From positions 1-64,000 of IMG/VR virus record IMGVR_UViG_3300048838_001252: 64,000 bases of DNA; one strand, written 5' to 3'. The DNA comes from a virus. Positions 29,975 through 39,150 of the stretch are shown here, in pieces (the first letter of the stretch is position 1; every line of letters begins with the position of its first letter). The translations under genes were made by a program, and so were the position numbers. Below the pieces are notes generated by a model. The model was not told the origin of the DNA, searched no databases, and was given only the letters and a program-made list of their open reading frames with translations.

Positions 29975-30281
29975 TATGGAAGACTATCAAAACATAATTG
30001 AAATGCTTAAACAAGCATTATCTTTTTATGCAAATCCTGATAATTATAGACAGAAACACCCAATAAATCACGAATTGTTTTCATATATTGAAATGGATAG
30101 TGGTTCTCAGGCAAATTTCGCACTAAATAAACTCAGAGATTTAGAAAATTTAAATAAAAACATGGAAGAAGTGTTTGTAAAAAACATGACCAATGCGATT
30201 GAAACCGGAGAAAGCGTTGAAAATATTCAAAAAATGATTGAAGAGTTTAAAAATTTAAGTGAGAATGATAACAACGTTTAA
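29967..30281 (+). CDS. Hypothetical protein
   Basis: Overlapping ORF in the operon; ALSFYA.P.NY motif. Confidence 0.6.
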   Translation: MNSMEDYQNIIEMLKQALSFYANPDNYRQKHPINHELFSYIEMDSGSQANFALNKLRDLENLNKNMEEVFVKNMTNAIETGESVENIQKMIEEFKNLSENDNNV

Positions 30282-30639
30282 CGAATATCAGAAAGAAGCA
30301 AATTTTCTTAAAATATCTTTAGATAAATTTATCGAAGAACATCCAGATACCCCAAAAGATGTAAAATTACTACTTGCGGTGGCTTATGATGGTTTGGGAT
30401 TGGGTGAAGCGGGTGAAGTTCAGGGTAAAATAAAGAAAATTATACGTGATAATGGCGGTAAAATTACACGTGAACACGTCATTGAAATAAAAAAAGAATT
30501 GGGTGATATACTTTGGTATGTAGCATCAATGTGCGATAATCTTGAAATTAGTTTGGAAGACGTTGCCACCGGAAATATTGAGAAATTAAAGGGTAGACGT
30601 GACAGAGGTACATTACATGGAAGTGGAGATAATCGATAA
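30265..30639 (+). CDS. MazG-like nucleoside triphosphate pyrophosphohydrolase
   Basis: FNEYQ...GL.EAGEV..KIKK..RD...KELGDILWYVA...NIEKL..R..RG...GSGDNR. Confidence 0.9.
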   Translation: MITTFNEYQKEANFLKISLDKFIEEHPDTPKDVKLLLAVAYDGLGLGEAGEVQGKIKKIIRDNGGKITREHVIEIKKELGDILWYVASMCDNLEISLEDVATGNIEKLKGRRDRGTLHGSGDNR

Positions 30640-30641
30640 TC

Positions 30642-31034
30642 ATGAGATATAATTGGTCATTAAGAAGATTTTGGTGGTCTTGGTTAAAACAAGATTATAA
30701 AAAACTTTTTTATAAAATCCTGTATGGATGGAAAATGGGTGCATTTGATGGTACAATGTTGCCAGATACTGGAAAGGGGAAATATGTTTCGGTTTATCGA
30801 AAAGGCGATATTATCCAGATTAAACACGAAAGTGGATATGAAGATTTACAATTTGATGAAATCAGAATCATCCCGTATCAACCCAATCATGGTGTAATGG
30901 TTGAAAGATGGAAAGACGGTAAAATGTATAATAGACATCATCTTGATATTAAACAATTAAGTAAAAGCATAATATATGCTTCAAATGTTGAGGCATTAGC
31001 AAGTAAAAAGAAAAATAATGGAAATCAGATTTAA
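30642..31034 (+). CDS. Hypothetical protein
   Basis: 130-aa ORF in the operon. Confidence 0.55.
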   Translation: MRYNWSLRRFWWSWLKQDYKKLFYKILYGWKMGAFDGTMLPDTGKGKYVSVYRKGDIIQIKHESGYEDLQFDEIRIIPYQPNHGVMVERWKDGKMYNRHHLDIKQLSKSIIYASNVEALASKKKNNGNQI

Positions 31035-31494
31035 AAAATTAATACCGGAAGCAAAAACACCATACAAAGCCATTGATATTGACGCTGGTTTTGATTTATT
31101 TGCGACAACAATTGATGAAAATGAGAATTTCATTCAATACGGAACTGGAATTGCCGTTGAAATACCTGAAGGGTATGTTGGATTAGTGTTTCCCAGAAGT
31201 TCAGTCACCAAATATGATTTGATGCTTAAAAACGGTGTTGGTGTAATTGATGCATCATATCGGGGAGAAATAATGTGTAGATTCACACCAATTATCAATA
31301 ATAATATCAAGGACATTGTGATTGACGAACGTGGTTTTGATTTCATGTTTGATGAAAATAAACGCTACAATATTGGTGACCGTGTGGCACAAATAGTATT
31401 CATGGAAATTCCAAAAATAACATTAGTTGAAGCACAAGAACTATCAGATACTGAACGTGGTGATGGTGGCTTCGGGTCAACTGGTAGTAAATAA
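31018..31494 (+). CDS. dut: dUTPase (trimeric)
   Basis: AGFDL, PRSS, GVIDASYRGEI, GDRVAQ and RGDGGFGSTG motifs. Confidence 0.96.
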   Translation: MEIRFKKLIPEAKTPYKAIDIDAGFDLFATTIDENENFIQYGTGIAVEIPEGYVGLVFPRSSVTKYDLMLKNGVGVIDASYRGEIMCRFTPIINNNIKDIVIDERGFDFMFDENKRYNIGDRVAQIVFMEIPKITLVEAQELSDTERGDGGFGSTGSK

Positions 31495-31522
31495 ATAATA
31501 ATAATATTAATAAATCTTGATT

Positions 31523-31726
31523 ATGAAGGGTACAACTGGAATCAGAATTAGAAGAGAAAGTGCAAGAAAAGCACTTGAAGCACAATTGGTGCGTGGCACA
31601 AAGCCAGAAAAAATAAATGGTAAGACTACCAGTAACATGGTCGCACTTACAGATGGTGATAAAAAACGTATTGAACGTGAAATCGAGACATTGAGTAAGT
31701 CAAAGAATAAAACTGTATTGACGTAA
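31523..31726 (+). CDS. Small basic hypothetical protein
   Basis: ATG at 31523; stop overlaps the thyA start (TAATG). Confidence 0.55.
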   Translation: MKGTTGIRIRRESARKALEAQLVRGTKPEKINGKTTSNMVALTDGDKKRIEREIETLSKSKNKTVLT

Positions 31727-32784
31727 TGAAACAATATCTGGACTTATTACAAAACATCGTTGATAACGGTGTGGAAAAGGAAAGTGGTAGAGCAAATATG
31801 CCAAATACCATAGGTATATCACACGGTGTGATTAAAATGGATTTACAAGAAGGATTTCCACTGCTAACCACAAAGAAAATGTACTGGAAAGGCATTGTAC
31901 ATGAACTTCTTTGGTTTCTCAGAGGTGATACAAACATTAAATATCTTGTTGATAACAACGTGAACATCTGGAATGGTGATGCTTATCGCTGGTATTTGAA
32001 ATGGTGGGAAGAAGAAGGTAAAGATGTTATCGGCAATAGAAAATGCGATTCAATTGAAGAATTTATCACAGAAGTTAAACAAAATCGTGCCCTTTACCCA
32101 TTTCCGTGGAAAGGACATGGAGAATATATGATAGGTGATTTAGGTAAAGTCTATGGTTATCAATGGCGTAATCAGAATGGTGTTGACCAAATAAAAGAGG
32201 TTATCGAAGGTTTGAAGTCAAATCCTTATAGCAGGTATCATATAATTGATGCGTGGCAGAAATCAGATTTTAAGGAAATGGCACTTCCACCATGTCACCT
32301 TCTTTATCAGTTTATTGTAAGACCTTTGAGTCAAAAAGAAAGAGTTGAATGGTATTTCAATGAATTTAAGCCATTATTACCTCTTATTAAAAAAGATGTT
32401 GATATGGTATTAAATAATACTAATGTTCCGAAATTCTATCTCGACTTGAACATGTATCAAAGGTCGGTAGATACACCGCTTGGTTGTCCATATAATTTAG
32501 CGTCAATGTCATTACTATTAATGATATTTGCGAAAGCAAGTAATATGATTGCGGGTGTTGCTACTTGGATTGGTGGTGATACACATATTTATGTTAATCA
32601 ACTCGATGGAGTTAATGAACAATTAAAAAGAGAACCATATAAGTTACCTCAAATGGTAATAAATAAGGAGTTAAATTCACTTGAAGATATTTTATTATTA
32701 ACTATTGATGATTTTGAGTTAGTTGATTATGTCTCGCACCCAACAATTAAATTCGAATTATCTGTGGGTTTAAAAAAGGTGTAG
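31726..32784 (+). CDS. thyA: Thymidylate synthase
   Basis: MKQYLDL, FPLLTTK, ELLWFL.G.TN, MALPPCH, YQRS.D..LG.PYN and GDTHIY motifs. Confidence 0.97.
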   Translation: MKQYLDLLQNIVDNGVEKESGRANMPNTIGISHGVIKMDLQEGFPLLTTKKMYWKGIVHELLWFLRGDTNIKYLVDNNVNIWNGDAYRWYLKWWEEEGKDVIGNRKCDSIEEFITEVKQNRALYPFPWKGHGEYMIGDLGKVYGYQWRNQNGVDQIKEVIEGLKSNPYSRYHIIDAWQKSDFKEMALPPCHLLYQFIVRPLSQKERVEWYFNEFKPLLPLIKKDVDMVLNNTNVPKFYLDLNMYQRSVDTPLGCPYNLASMSLLLMIFAKASNMIAGVATWIGGDTHIYVNQLDGVNEQLKREPYKLPQMVINKELNSLEDILLLTIDDFELVDYVSHPTIKFELSVGLKKV

Positions 32785-32790
32785 GACTAC

Positions 32791-32833
32791 CATTCAATTT
32801 TTCATTATTGGAGTATTTATGATGAAAGAAATG
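32791..32833 (+). promoter_or_regulatory. Hairpin with a late promoter motif in its loop, occluding the endonuclease translation start region
   Basis: CATT(caa)TTTTTCATTAT pairs with ATGATGAAAGA-AATG; AGTATTTAT at 32812-32820. Confidence 0.55.
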
Positions 32834-32835
32834 TT

Positions 32836-33567
32836 ATGACTGGAATATATAAAATCAGAAATAAAATAAACAATAAATGTTATTATGGTTCAGCAAAAAA
32901 CATTAAAAGACGATGGGCGAGACATAAATCTCAACTAAAACATAACAGACATGAGAATATTGTCTTGCAGAGGGCATGGAATAAATATGGTGAAGAAAAT
33001 TTTGAATTTGTAGTAGTTGAGATATGTGATGAAAATAATTTATTAATTTCTGAACAAAATTATTTAGATTTAAAACCAGAATATAATATTGGTAGACAAG
33101 CATCTGGTGGTGATAATTTAACTAATCACCCAAATCGAAATGACATTATTTGTGAAAGAAAAGTTAGTAATAGAAGAAGAATTGATGAAATGTCTGATAA
33201 TGATAGAAAGAGAATATGGTCAAGACCTAAAGAAAATAATGGAAAATGGAGTGGAGGTGTTTCAATCAAATATTGTGTCTGTGGTAAACAAATTGCGTCC
33301 GAACATAAATATTGTATTGAATGTCTACCAAGAAATGGTGAAAATAATCCATTTTATAATAAACATCATACCGAAAAAACTAAAAGAGAACTATCTGAAC
33401 TACGAAAAGGAAAGTATAATGGTACACAAAATATTAAATTTATGATTGATGATGTCGAATACTTTTCTCTCGGTGATGCTCATATTAAATTAGGTACACC
33501 TATAGCAACAATATTATGGAGATTAAAATCAAAAAATAAGAAATTTGAAAATTATAAATATTTGTAA
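32836..33567 (+). mobile_element. Free-standing GIY-YIG homing endonuclease with NUMOD3-type motif
   Basis: GIYKIRN..N.KCYYGS...RW..H...L....H.N..LQRAWNKYG...F...E...YN; NPFYNKHHTEKTK..LS; CxC-CxxC. Confidence 0.9.
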
Positions 33568-33569
33568 TA

Positions 33570-34103
33570 ATGAACGATTTTAAAACAGGTGGCTATTGCC
33601 CCACGTGCTTACATGCAACTTCAGGATGTACTTGTATGAAAGATTACTGGAATATTGTTGGAAATAATGAAATAAATAAGGTGTTCAAAATACATGTTGG
33701 TGATATTTCAGAAGATGAAAAAGAAAAAATCATAAAAAAATGGAAATCATCGGGATTATTAGAAGGTCTTACTGATAATTTTGATGAAAATATCGCCAGA
33801 GTCTTTGATTTTAATAAACGACAAATTATAATGGATGAAAGATTAAAAGATGTTAACCTCTTAGATGAATTAAGAGAAACAATGGAAGACGTTGAAATTC
33901 AACTTTTCGAAGATGAGAAACGTTGGGGTGATACGTGGAAAGAACGTGGTTTGGTTTATAATGGAATGAATCAGGAAACACGTTGGTTTTACAAAATGCA
34001 AGACTATTTCCAAGATTTTATGGATAATGGCACACCAATTCCTTGGGATAAGGTTATTGGTGAAGCACATATTGCCAAAGTAAGAGAAAAGAAACTTAAA
34101 TAA
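33570..34103 (+). CDS. Mosaic protein with a Cys cluster, a portal-like peptide and a major-capsid N-terminal-like peptide
   Basis: CPTC..CTC; KVFKIHVGDISEDE; KWKSSGLLEGLTDNFDENIARVF. Confidence 0.65.
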   Translation: MNDFKTGGYCPTCLHATSGCTCMKDYWNIVGNNEINKVFKIHVGDISEDEKEKIIKKWKSSGLLEGLTDNFDENIARVFDFNKRQIIMDERLKDVNLLDELRETMEDVEIQLFEDEKRWGDTWKERGLVYNGMNQETRWFYKMQDYFQDFMDNGTPIPWDKVIGEAHIAKVREKKLK

Positions 34104-34107
34104 TTGA

Positions 34108-34350
34108 ATGTTTATACTGTATATAGTGATATTAATATTAGTGGTAATAGTATTACTACTTGTAATATCACTATATTTTCTTGTCAGGAAAACCACCTAT
34201 TTTTCTGACAAAGAAAAGGAATTCATTGTCTTCGTGATTGACATATTTAAGGAATATGGTGATGACTTAGGTATTCAATCCAAAGAACAGCATAAAAAAT
34301 TGGTTGAAGAACTTGAAAAAATAAAAAAGAAAATAAATGACAAAACTTGA
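34108..34350 (+). CDS. Small membrane protein
   Basis: N-terminal stretch of about 25 hydrophobic residues. Confidence 0.6.
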   Translation: MFILYIVILILVVIVLLLVISLYFLVRKTTYFSDKEKEFIVFVIDIFKEYGDDLGIQSKEQHKKLVEELEKIKKKINDKT

Positions 34351-34612
34351 ACAAATTGTAGAATGGTATCCAGATGAAGAATTACTTTCTGCTGATGGAT
34401 TTGAAGACTGTGTAATCGGTGTGACCCTTGATAAGTCTACTGCTGTGTATAAACTTGTGTACTCCACATCTAAATGTATTGAAGTCCTGATTACCAGAGA
34501 CAAAATGAGTAAGGAAGAAGCAGAGGAATTCTTTGACTTTAATGTTGAGGGTGCATATATGGGTGAAAAAACACCAATATTTGTTGATGATTTTATGTTT
34601 TATTGTGAATAA
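34337..34612 (+). CDS. Conserved phage hypothetical protein
   Basis: ADGF.D..IG...YS...M..EEA.E.FDFN..GAY.GE.TP pattern, recalled from phage proteins and not searched. Confidence 0.7.
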   Translation: MTKLEQIVEWYPDEELLSADGFEDCVIGVTLDKSTAVYKLVYSTSKCIEVLITRDKMSKEEAEEFFDFNVEGAYMGEKTPIFVDDFMFYCE

Positions 34613-34636
34613 AAAAGGGAGTGTTAACTCCCTTTT
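34611..34636. terminator. Bidirectional terminator
   Basis: AAAAGGGAGT-gtta-ACTCCCTTTT. Confidence 0.8.
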
Positions 34637-35187
34637 GTTTCTGATAAAAACGGAACAACATCTTCTTTCACCGGAACTCCAGTTATTCGTTTCCAATACG
34701 GTTTAAAACCACCAATTGTTTTTTTAGTTTCATCTGTAACATTATTTGCGGATTCAACTTCATAATATCTACTTTTTTCACCACTCATGTTATATTCAAT
34801 AATGTCACCCCTATCAATTTCGATTTGTTTTTCTTCTAATTCTTTAAGATAAACACCAAAACTAATATTTCCGGTATCATCCCTAACAATACCACCGGGA
34901 TTACCACCATAAAAGTCTTGTTTCCCTTCTTCAATACTCACCATTACCGAAATTCGAACTGGTGGCATGAACTTTTTATCTTTTGTCTTGGCTTGACCAT
35001 ATAAATTATGTGATTTGGTTTCAATTATATTGATTTTGTGTATTATAACTTCCTGTGCATTATCTGTTTGTAAGAAGTTTCTGCCGTACATAACATCCAA
35101 ATCGAAAGAATTGTCTGTCATAAACAAACCCATTCTTTGTTCTTCAAGGTCAATTATTTGTTTTTTCTTCTTCATATTAAATCGCAA
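34624..35187 (-). CDS. Neck/head-closure protein (gp14-like)
   Basis: NLYG......F.PPV...GDII.Y......YYEV; coupled to the gp13-like gene. Confidence 0.6.
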   Translation of the reverse strand: MRFNMKKKKQIIDLEEQRMGLFMTDNSFDLDVMYGRNFLQTDNAQEVIIHKINIIETKSHNLYGQAKTKDKKFMPPVRISVMVSIEEGKQDFYGGNPGGIVRDDTGNISFGVYLKELEEKQIEIDRGDIIEYNMSGEKSRYYEVESANNVTDETKKTIGGFKPYWKRITGVPVKEDVVPFLSETKGS

Positions 35188-36295
35188 TTATTGGGAACAT
35201 AGGTGGTTGATAGCCACGTTCTTTATTAACGTTTTCTGCAATTTCTGCACGAATCTTAGTCATGTTTTCCTGACTCAATTTATCTAATTGGTCAAGAATT
35301 AATTTTTCCATGTCCTCTTTTAATTTTGTGCCTTCATCCAATAGGTGACGATAGTCCATAGTTAATTGCTTGTCTGCAACACCGAGTTCACCACTATAAA
35401 AACCTCTAATTCCACCAATTACTATTTTTACTTTGGCTATAAGTAAATTTCTTATTTGCTGACGAGCAACATCATTCATGTTGTCCCATCTCAATACTTT
35501 TGTTGGGGAATCTGAAGGTAATTTAATAATATCACTATTTTCTTCCAAACACTTATCTCTACCAACATCATTTGTGTCGTAATACCAATACCAAACTTTT
35601 CTTCCGGCATAATGTTTACCCCACGAACTACTTATTTCATATCGGTCTCCGGGAACTGGATATAGATGTAATATTTTTTCACCACTTGCCAAACCCGTAA
35701 TACGATATGTAAGCACAGATTGTAAAACTCTTTGTTTCATTCTTCTATCCTGTGCAGATAAAAGTGTTGAGAATGTTGGCTGCACATACATTGCTGGACG
35801 ACCCATATACGACCAACCAACCATACCGGGAGTCCACGCATTTAATGCAAAGGGGTCAACTAAGCCACTATCTATCTGTGGTGGTGTTTCCCATAATACT
35901 TCATTTACTTCTCTCCCTGCGGGGATTATATAGTGCTGTGTGTGTGCAGATGTAACAATATAGTCACGTTTTAATTCCCAACCAGTTGCTGCGGGTGCAT
36001 TTGTACCCAAACCAACCTGTCTTGAATAAGCATATGTGAAACTTTCCATATATGCATTTGATTTAGTTGTAAATGCTGCGAGAAAATCACTATTTTCTTT
36101 ACTTAAACCCTCTAAACTAATCCATTGCTGTTGTATTAACCATTGATTAACAAGCGATGAATAGTCTTCCACCACCATCTCCAAATAAGAATCCATCATT
36201 TCATCTTTAATTTCAAATGGTCTCAACGGATGTCCTAATTCATGTTTAACATGAAGAAATAGTTTGTTTTTATCTGCTACTGTTATTAGTGCCAT
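35177..36295 (-). CDS. Neck/head-tail adaptor protein (gp13-like)
   Basis: ELG.P....E....M; C-terminal AK.K...G.IRG......L..D...L..EG...K; late promoter at 36314-36323. Confidence 0.72.
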   Translation of the reverse strand: MALITVADKNKLFLHVKHELGHPLRPFEIKDEMMDSYLEMVVEDYSSLVNQWLIQQQWISLEGLSKENSDFLAAFTTKSNAYMESFTYAYSRQVGLGTNAPAATGWELKRDYIVTSAHTQHYIIPAGREVNEVLWETPPQIDSGLVDPFALNAWTPGMVGWSYMGRPAMYVQPTFSTLLSAQDRRMKQRVLQSVLTYRITGLASGEKILHLYPVPGDRYEISSSWGKHYAGRKVWYWYYDTNDVGRDKCLEENSDIIKLPSDSPTKVLRWDNMNDVARQQIRNLLIAKVKIVIGGIRGFYSGELGVADKQLTMDYRHLLDEGTKLKEDMEKLILDQLDKLSQENMTKIRAEIAENVNKERGYQPPMFPIIAI

Positions 36296-36367
36296 GATAT
36301 TGCTTTATTTTAATATAAATACTAAAAAGTTTTTTTAAATAATTGCTATGATTTAGAATTTTTTTGA

Positions 36368-36375
36368 TATATTTG
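36368..36375 (+). promoter_or_regulatory. Bacteroidota sigmaA -7 element TATATTTG
   Basis: TAnnTTTG upstream of the helicase operon, with TTG about 22 nt upstream. Confidence 0.55.
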
Positions 36376-36395
36376 TGGTTATCAATATTTAAGAT

Positions 36396-36845
36396 ATGCA
36401 TAAAATAGAGTATGATTTAGATTTAAATGATGAAGGTAGACCCTGTATTCAATTATCAGATAATTACGAAGATAAACCGGAAGACAAGTTTTTTGCAATT
36501 GAAATATCCAGATACATTATACATGATGTTTTGTCTCGAAGAAGCGCAGAATTTGACCAAGAAACAAGTGAAAAACTAAATGAATGTCTGAATATGCTTG
36601 GACAAATTGGTGATGAAATTGCAGCTTTATTGTGGGAAAACATGAAGATGTTAGGAGATGTAGACCTTATGATTAATAAAAATTATAATATCATGGTAAC
36701 ATCACTCGAAAACAGAGATAATCTGGGTAAATATGTTTCCTCAAACGGAAAAATATATGAAAAAGTAGACGGATTCAAAGTACTTGTTACTGAAGAAATG
36801 AAAATATATGAATTTAAAGACGAAAACTGGAACGAAATAATATGA
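36396..36845 (+). CDS. Hypothetical protein
   Basis: 149-aa ORF with ATGA overlap to the helicase. Confidence 0.6.
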   Translation: MHKIEYDLDLNDEGRPCIQLSDNYEDKPEDKFFAIEISRYIIHDVLSRRSAEFDQETSEKLNECLNMLGQIGDEIAALLWENMKMLGDVDLMINKNYNIMVTSLENRDNLGKYVSSNGKIYEKVDGFKVLVTEEMKIYEFKDENWNEII

Positions 36846-38329
36846 ATTTTAAACCAACCCCAGAACAAGAAAGAATATTCTTATTCACAAAGAAAAGACC
36901 GGAAAATATTTTAATCAAGGCATATGCTGGTGCAGGAAAAACTTCAACAATCGTTGAAGCCGTAAAATTATTGCCTAAAGACAAATCAATTATGTTTTTG
37001 GCATTTAATAAACACATTCAGGAAGAATTAAAAACAAGACTCCCGGAACACGTTCGTTGTTATACCACTTATGGTCTTGGTACTGCAGCAATCAAAAGAA
37101 AATATGGCGATAAAATCAGGTTTGATGAATTCAAGGTTGATAAAATCATACAAAAAAAAGCCAAATCTTGGGGATTAGATGATGAGTTTAAAAATGATGA
37201 AGCAATTACAAATTATCTTACAAGTATAAAGAAGTTAGTTGATTTGTGTCGTTTGACATTAACTTTAAAGCCGGAATACATTCCATATATCACCGAAAGA
37301 TACGATATAAGTATCAACAAACCCAAGGACATAAAGAGAGTACTTAAAGTATTGGATGAGGTCACAACAGATAGAACCAGTTTTGATTATACTGATATGA
37401 TTTATCTTCCTGCTGTTGATAATGGTATCTGGATGTTTCCACAGGATTATGTTTTTGTTGATGAGGTTCAAGACCTAAACCGTTGTCAAATCAGAATAAT
37501 TGAAAAGGTACTTAAAAAAGATAAATTATCTGGTAAACTAACTGGTCGATTAATATGTGTTGGCGATTTCTTTCAGGGAATCTATGGTTTCAATGCTGCC
37601 GATGAAAAATCGTTTGAATGGTTTGAGAAGTTTCAAAACACTAAAGTTCTTCCATTATCAGTATCGTTCAGATGCTCACAGGCAGTAATAAGAAAAGCAC
37701 AGGAAATTGTGCCGGATATCAAAGCACTTCCAGATGCACCAGAGGGTTGTGTTAGGGATGGTGATGTTTTAAAGGAGGCACAAAGCGGTGATTTCATTCT
37801 ATGTAGAACAACAATGCCATTGGTTAAACTATTTTTCGAATTTTTGGTGCAACATAAAAAGGCAATAATAAAAGGTAGCGATATTGGAATACACTTAATT
37901 GAATTAATTGGTAAAATTAACAACATACCAAAACTAAACCAGTTCTGGGAACAAGAGTTGTCGAATTTTAGAACCGAATTAAAGAAAAGTGGTGTTTTAA
38001 ACCCAAACGAACATACAGCTTATGTTGCATTAGAAGATAAGGTGACTACACTATTGTTTTTGGCTAAACTTGCTGATAGCATTGAGGACTTAAAAAATAA
38101 AATAAGAAGCATTTTCACTGATGAAATTCAGGGAATTGTATTAAGTACCGTTCATAAAATCAAAGGTTTGGAAGCAAACCGAGTATTTATTATCAGACCG
38201 GATTTATTGCCAATGAAGGCACAAAAATCTTGGCAACACATACAGGAGAAAAACCTTGAATATGTTGCATACACAAGGGCAAAACTGGAATTAATTTTTG
38301 ATAGAACATGGACAGACGAAGAAGAATGA
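36842..38329 (+). CDS. UvrD/Rep-like SF1 helicase
   Basis: AYAGAGKT, LAFN, DEVQD, VGD..QGIYGF, SFRC, STVHKIKGLE and YVAYTRAK motifs. Confidence 0.92.
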   Translation: MNFKPTPEQERIFLFTKKRPENILIKAYAGAGKTSTIVEAVKLLPKDKSIMFLAFNKHIQEELKTRLPEHVRCYTTYGLGTAAIKRKYGDKIRFDEFKVDKIIQKKAKSWGLDDEFKNDEAITNYLTSIKKLVDLCRLTLTLKPEYIPYITERYDISINKPKDIKRVLKVLDEVTTDRTSFDYTDMIYLPAVDNGIWMFPQDYVFVDEVQDLNRCQIRIIEKVLKKDKLSGKLTGRLICVGDFFQGIYGFNAADEKSFEWFEKFQNTKVLPLSVSFRCSQAVIRKAQEIVPDIKALPDAPEGCVRDGDVLKEAQSGDFILCRTTMPLVKLFFEFLVQHKKAIIKGSDIGIHLIELIGKINNIPKLNQFWEQELSNFRTELKKSGVLNPNEHTAYVALEDKVTTLLFLAKLADSIEDLKNKIRSIFTDEIQGIVLSTVHKIKGLEANRVFIIRPDLLPMKAQKSWQHIQEKNLEYVAYTRAKLELIFDRTWTDEEE

Positions 38330-38466
38330 ATTCAAACCCATACGATTTGGGACAATTGGGAATGGGATTTAATCAACCATGTCCTAAATGTGGACTTGAA
38401 ATTGATAGAAGGGCAAGTCCTTATGAACCCATAGGTTTTAAAAAATATTGTAAATGTAAACGCTGA
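38326..38466 (+). CDS. Small Cys-rich (Zn-ribbon-like) protein, 46 aa
   Basis: Not in track: MNSNPYDLGQLGMGFNQPCPKCGLEIDRRASPYEPIGFKKYCKCKR; ATGA overlap, and it fills the gap exactly. Confidence 0.6.
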   Translation: MNSNPYDLGQLGMGFNQPCPKCGLEIDRRASPYEPIGFKKYCKCKR

Positions 38467-38470
38467 TATT

Positions 38471-38749
38471 ATGGAATGGATAGTTAAAATAGAAGAACAA
38501 CCAAATCAAAGAATTATGGTTAGGTTCAATCCCAAAAATGAAGAAATTTATTTTTATGGACAATATAAACCTAAAAATAAAGAATGGGTGGATTTTAGCG
38601 AAGAAACAAGTTCAATGGAAATTGATTTGGAGACAATTCAAACTCTTTTATTAAAAACCTATGAGAAATTGAAGGAAAGACTTAAAGCATATGAAAATCT
38701 TTCAGAGGGTTTTGATGTAATTAAAGTAATTGAAATCAGTGAAGATTAA
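38471..38749 (+). CDS. Hypothetical protein
   Basis: 92-aa ORF at the end of the operon. Confidence 0.6.
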   Translation: MEWIVKIEEQPNQRIMVRFNPKNEEIYFYGQYKPKNKEWVDFSEETSSMEIDLETIQTLLLKTYEKLKERLKAYENLSEGFDVIKVIEISED

Positions 38750-39069
38750 TCACCTTTTACCGAAGCAAGATTAGAGTTGTCTTTAACTATTGGTTGTTTT
38801 TCTGAAGAACCTATATTAATTTTTAATTCAGTAATTTCCTTTGTGAAAGTTTTATTTAGTTCTTTCTGTTCTTGATACATTTTTTCATAGTTTTTTTCCA
38901 TGTTTTCCATTCTCGGCATAATAACAAGCATATAAAAACCAAAAAAGATTCCAATCATACTGCCGATTAATGCAAAAAAACTTTTAATTGTAAATATAAT
39001 TTGTGTGTTGCCACCAATTGATGTTGCTGTGACGTTTCTCGCAGTTACTGTGCTTGTTGCCTTAACCAT
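38746..39069 (-). CDS. Single-TM late membrane protein with coiled coil
   Basis: TM segment FFALIGSMIGIFFGFYMLVI; late promoter at 39087-39095; ATG at 39069. Confidence 0.55.
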   Translation of the reverse strand: MVKATSTVTARNVTATSIGGNTQIIFTIKSFFALIGSMIGIFFGFYMLVIMPRMENMEKNYEKMYQEQKELNKTFTKEITELKINIGSSEKQPIVKDNSNLASVKGD

Positions 39070-39101
39070 ATAAACCAAATTTTAGAATAAATACTATATA
39101 A

Positions 39102-39136
39102 TAAAAAAAGGTGGTCAAATTGACCACCTTTTTTAT
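39102..39136 (-). terminator. Terminator after the major capsid gene
   Basis: AAAAAAGGTGGTCA-aat-TGACCACCTTTTTT perfect inverted repeat. Confidence 0.88.
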
Positions 39137-39150
39137 TCTATATCCAGTGA

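Noticed and set aside
31726-33567. Group I intron in thyA carrying the GIY-YIG gene
   Set aside because: thyA is continuous with all motifs and its own stop; the endonuclease is downstream and the gap is too short for an intron core
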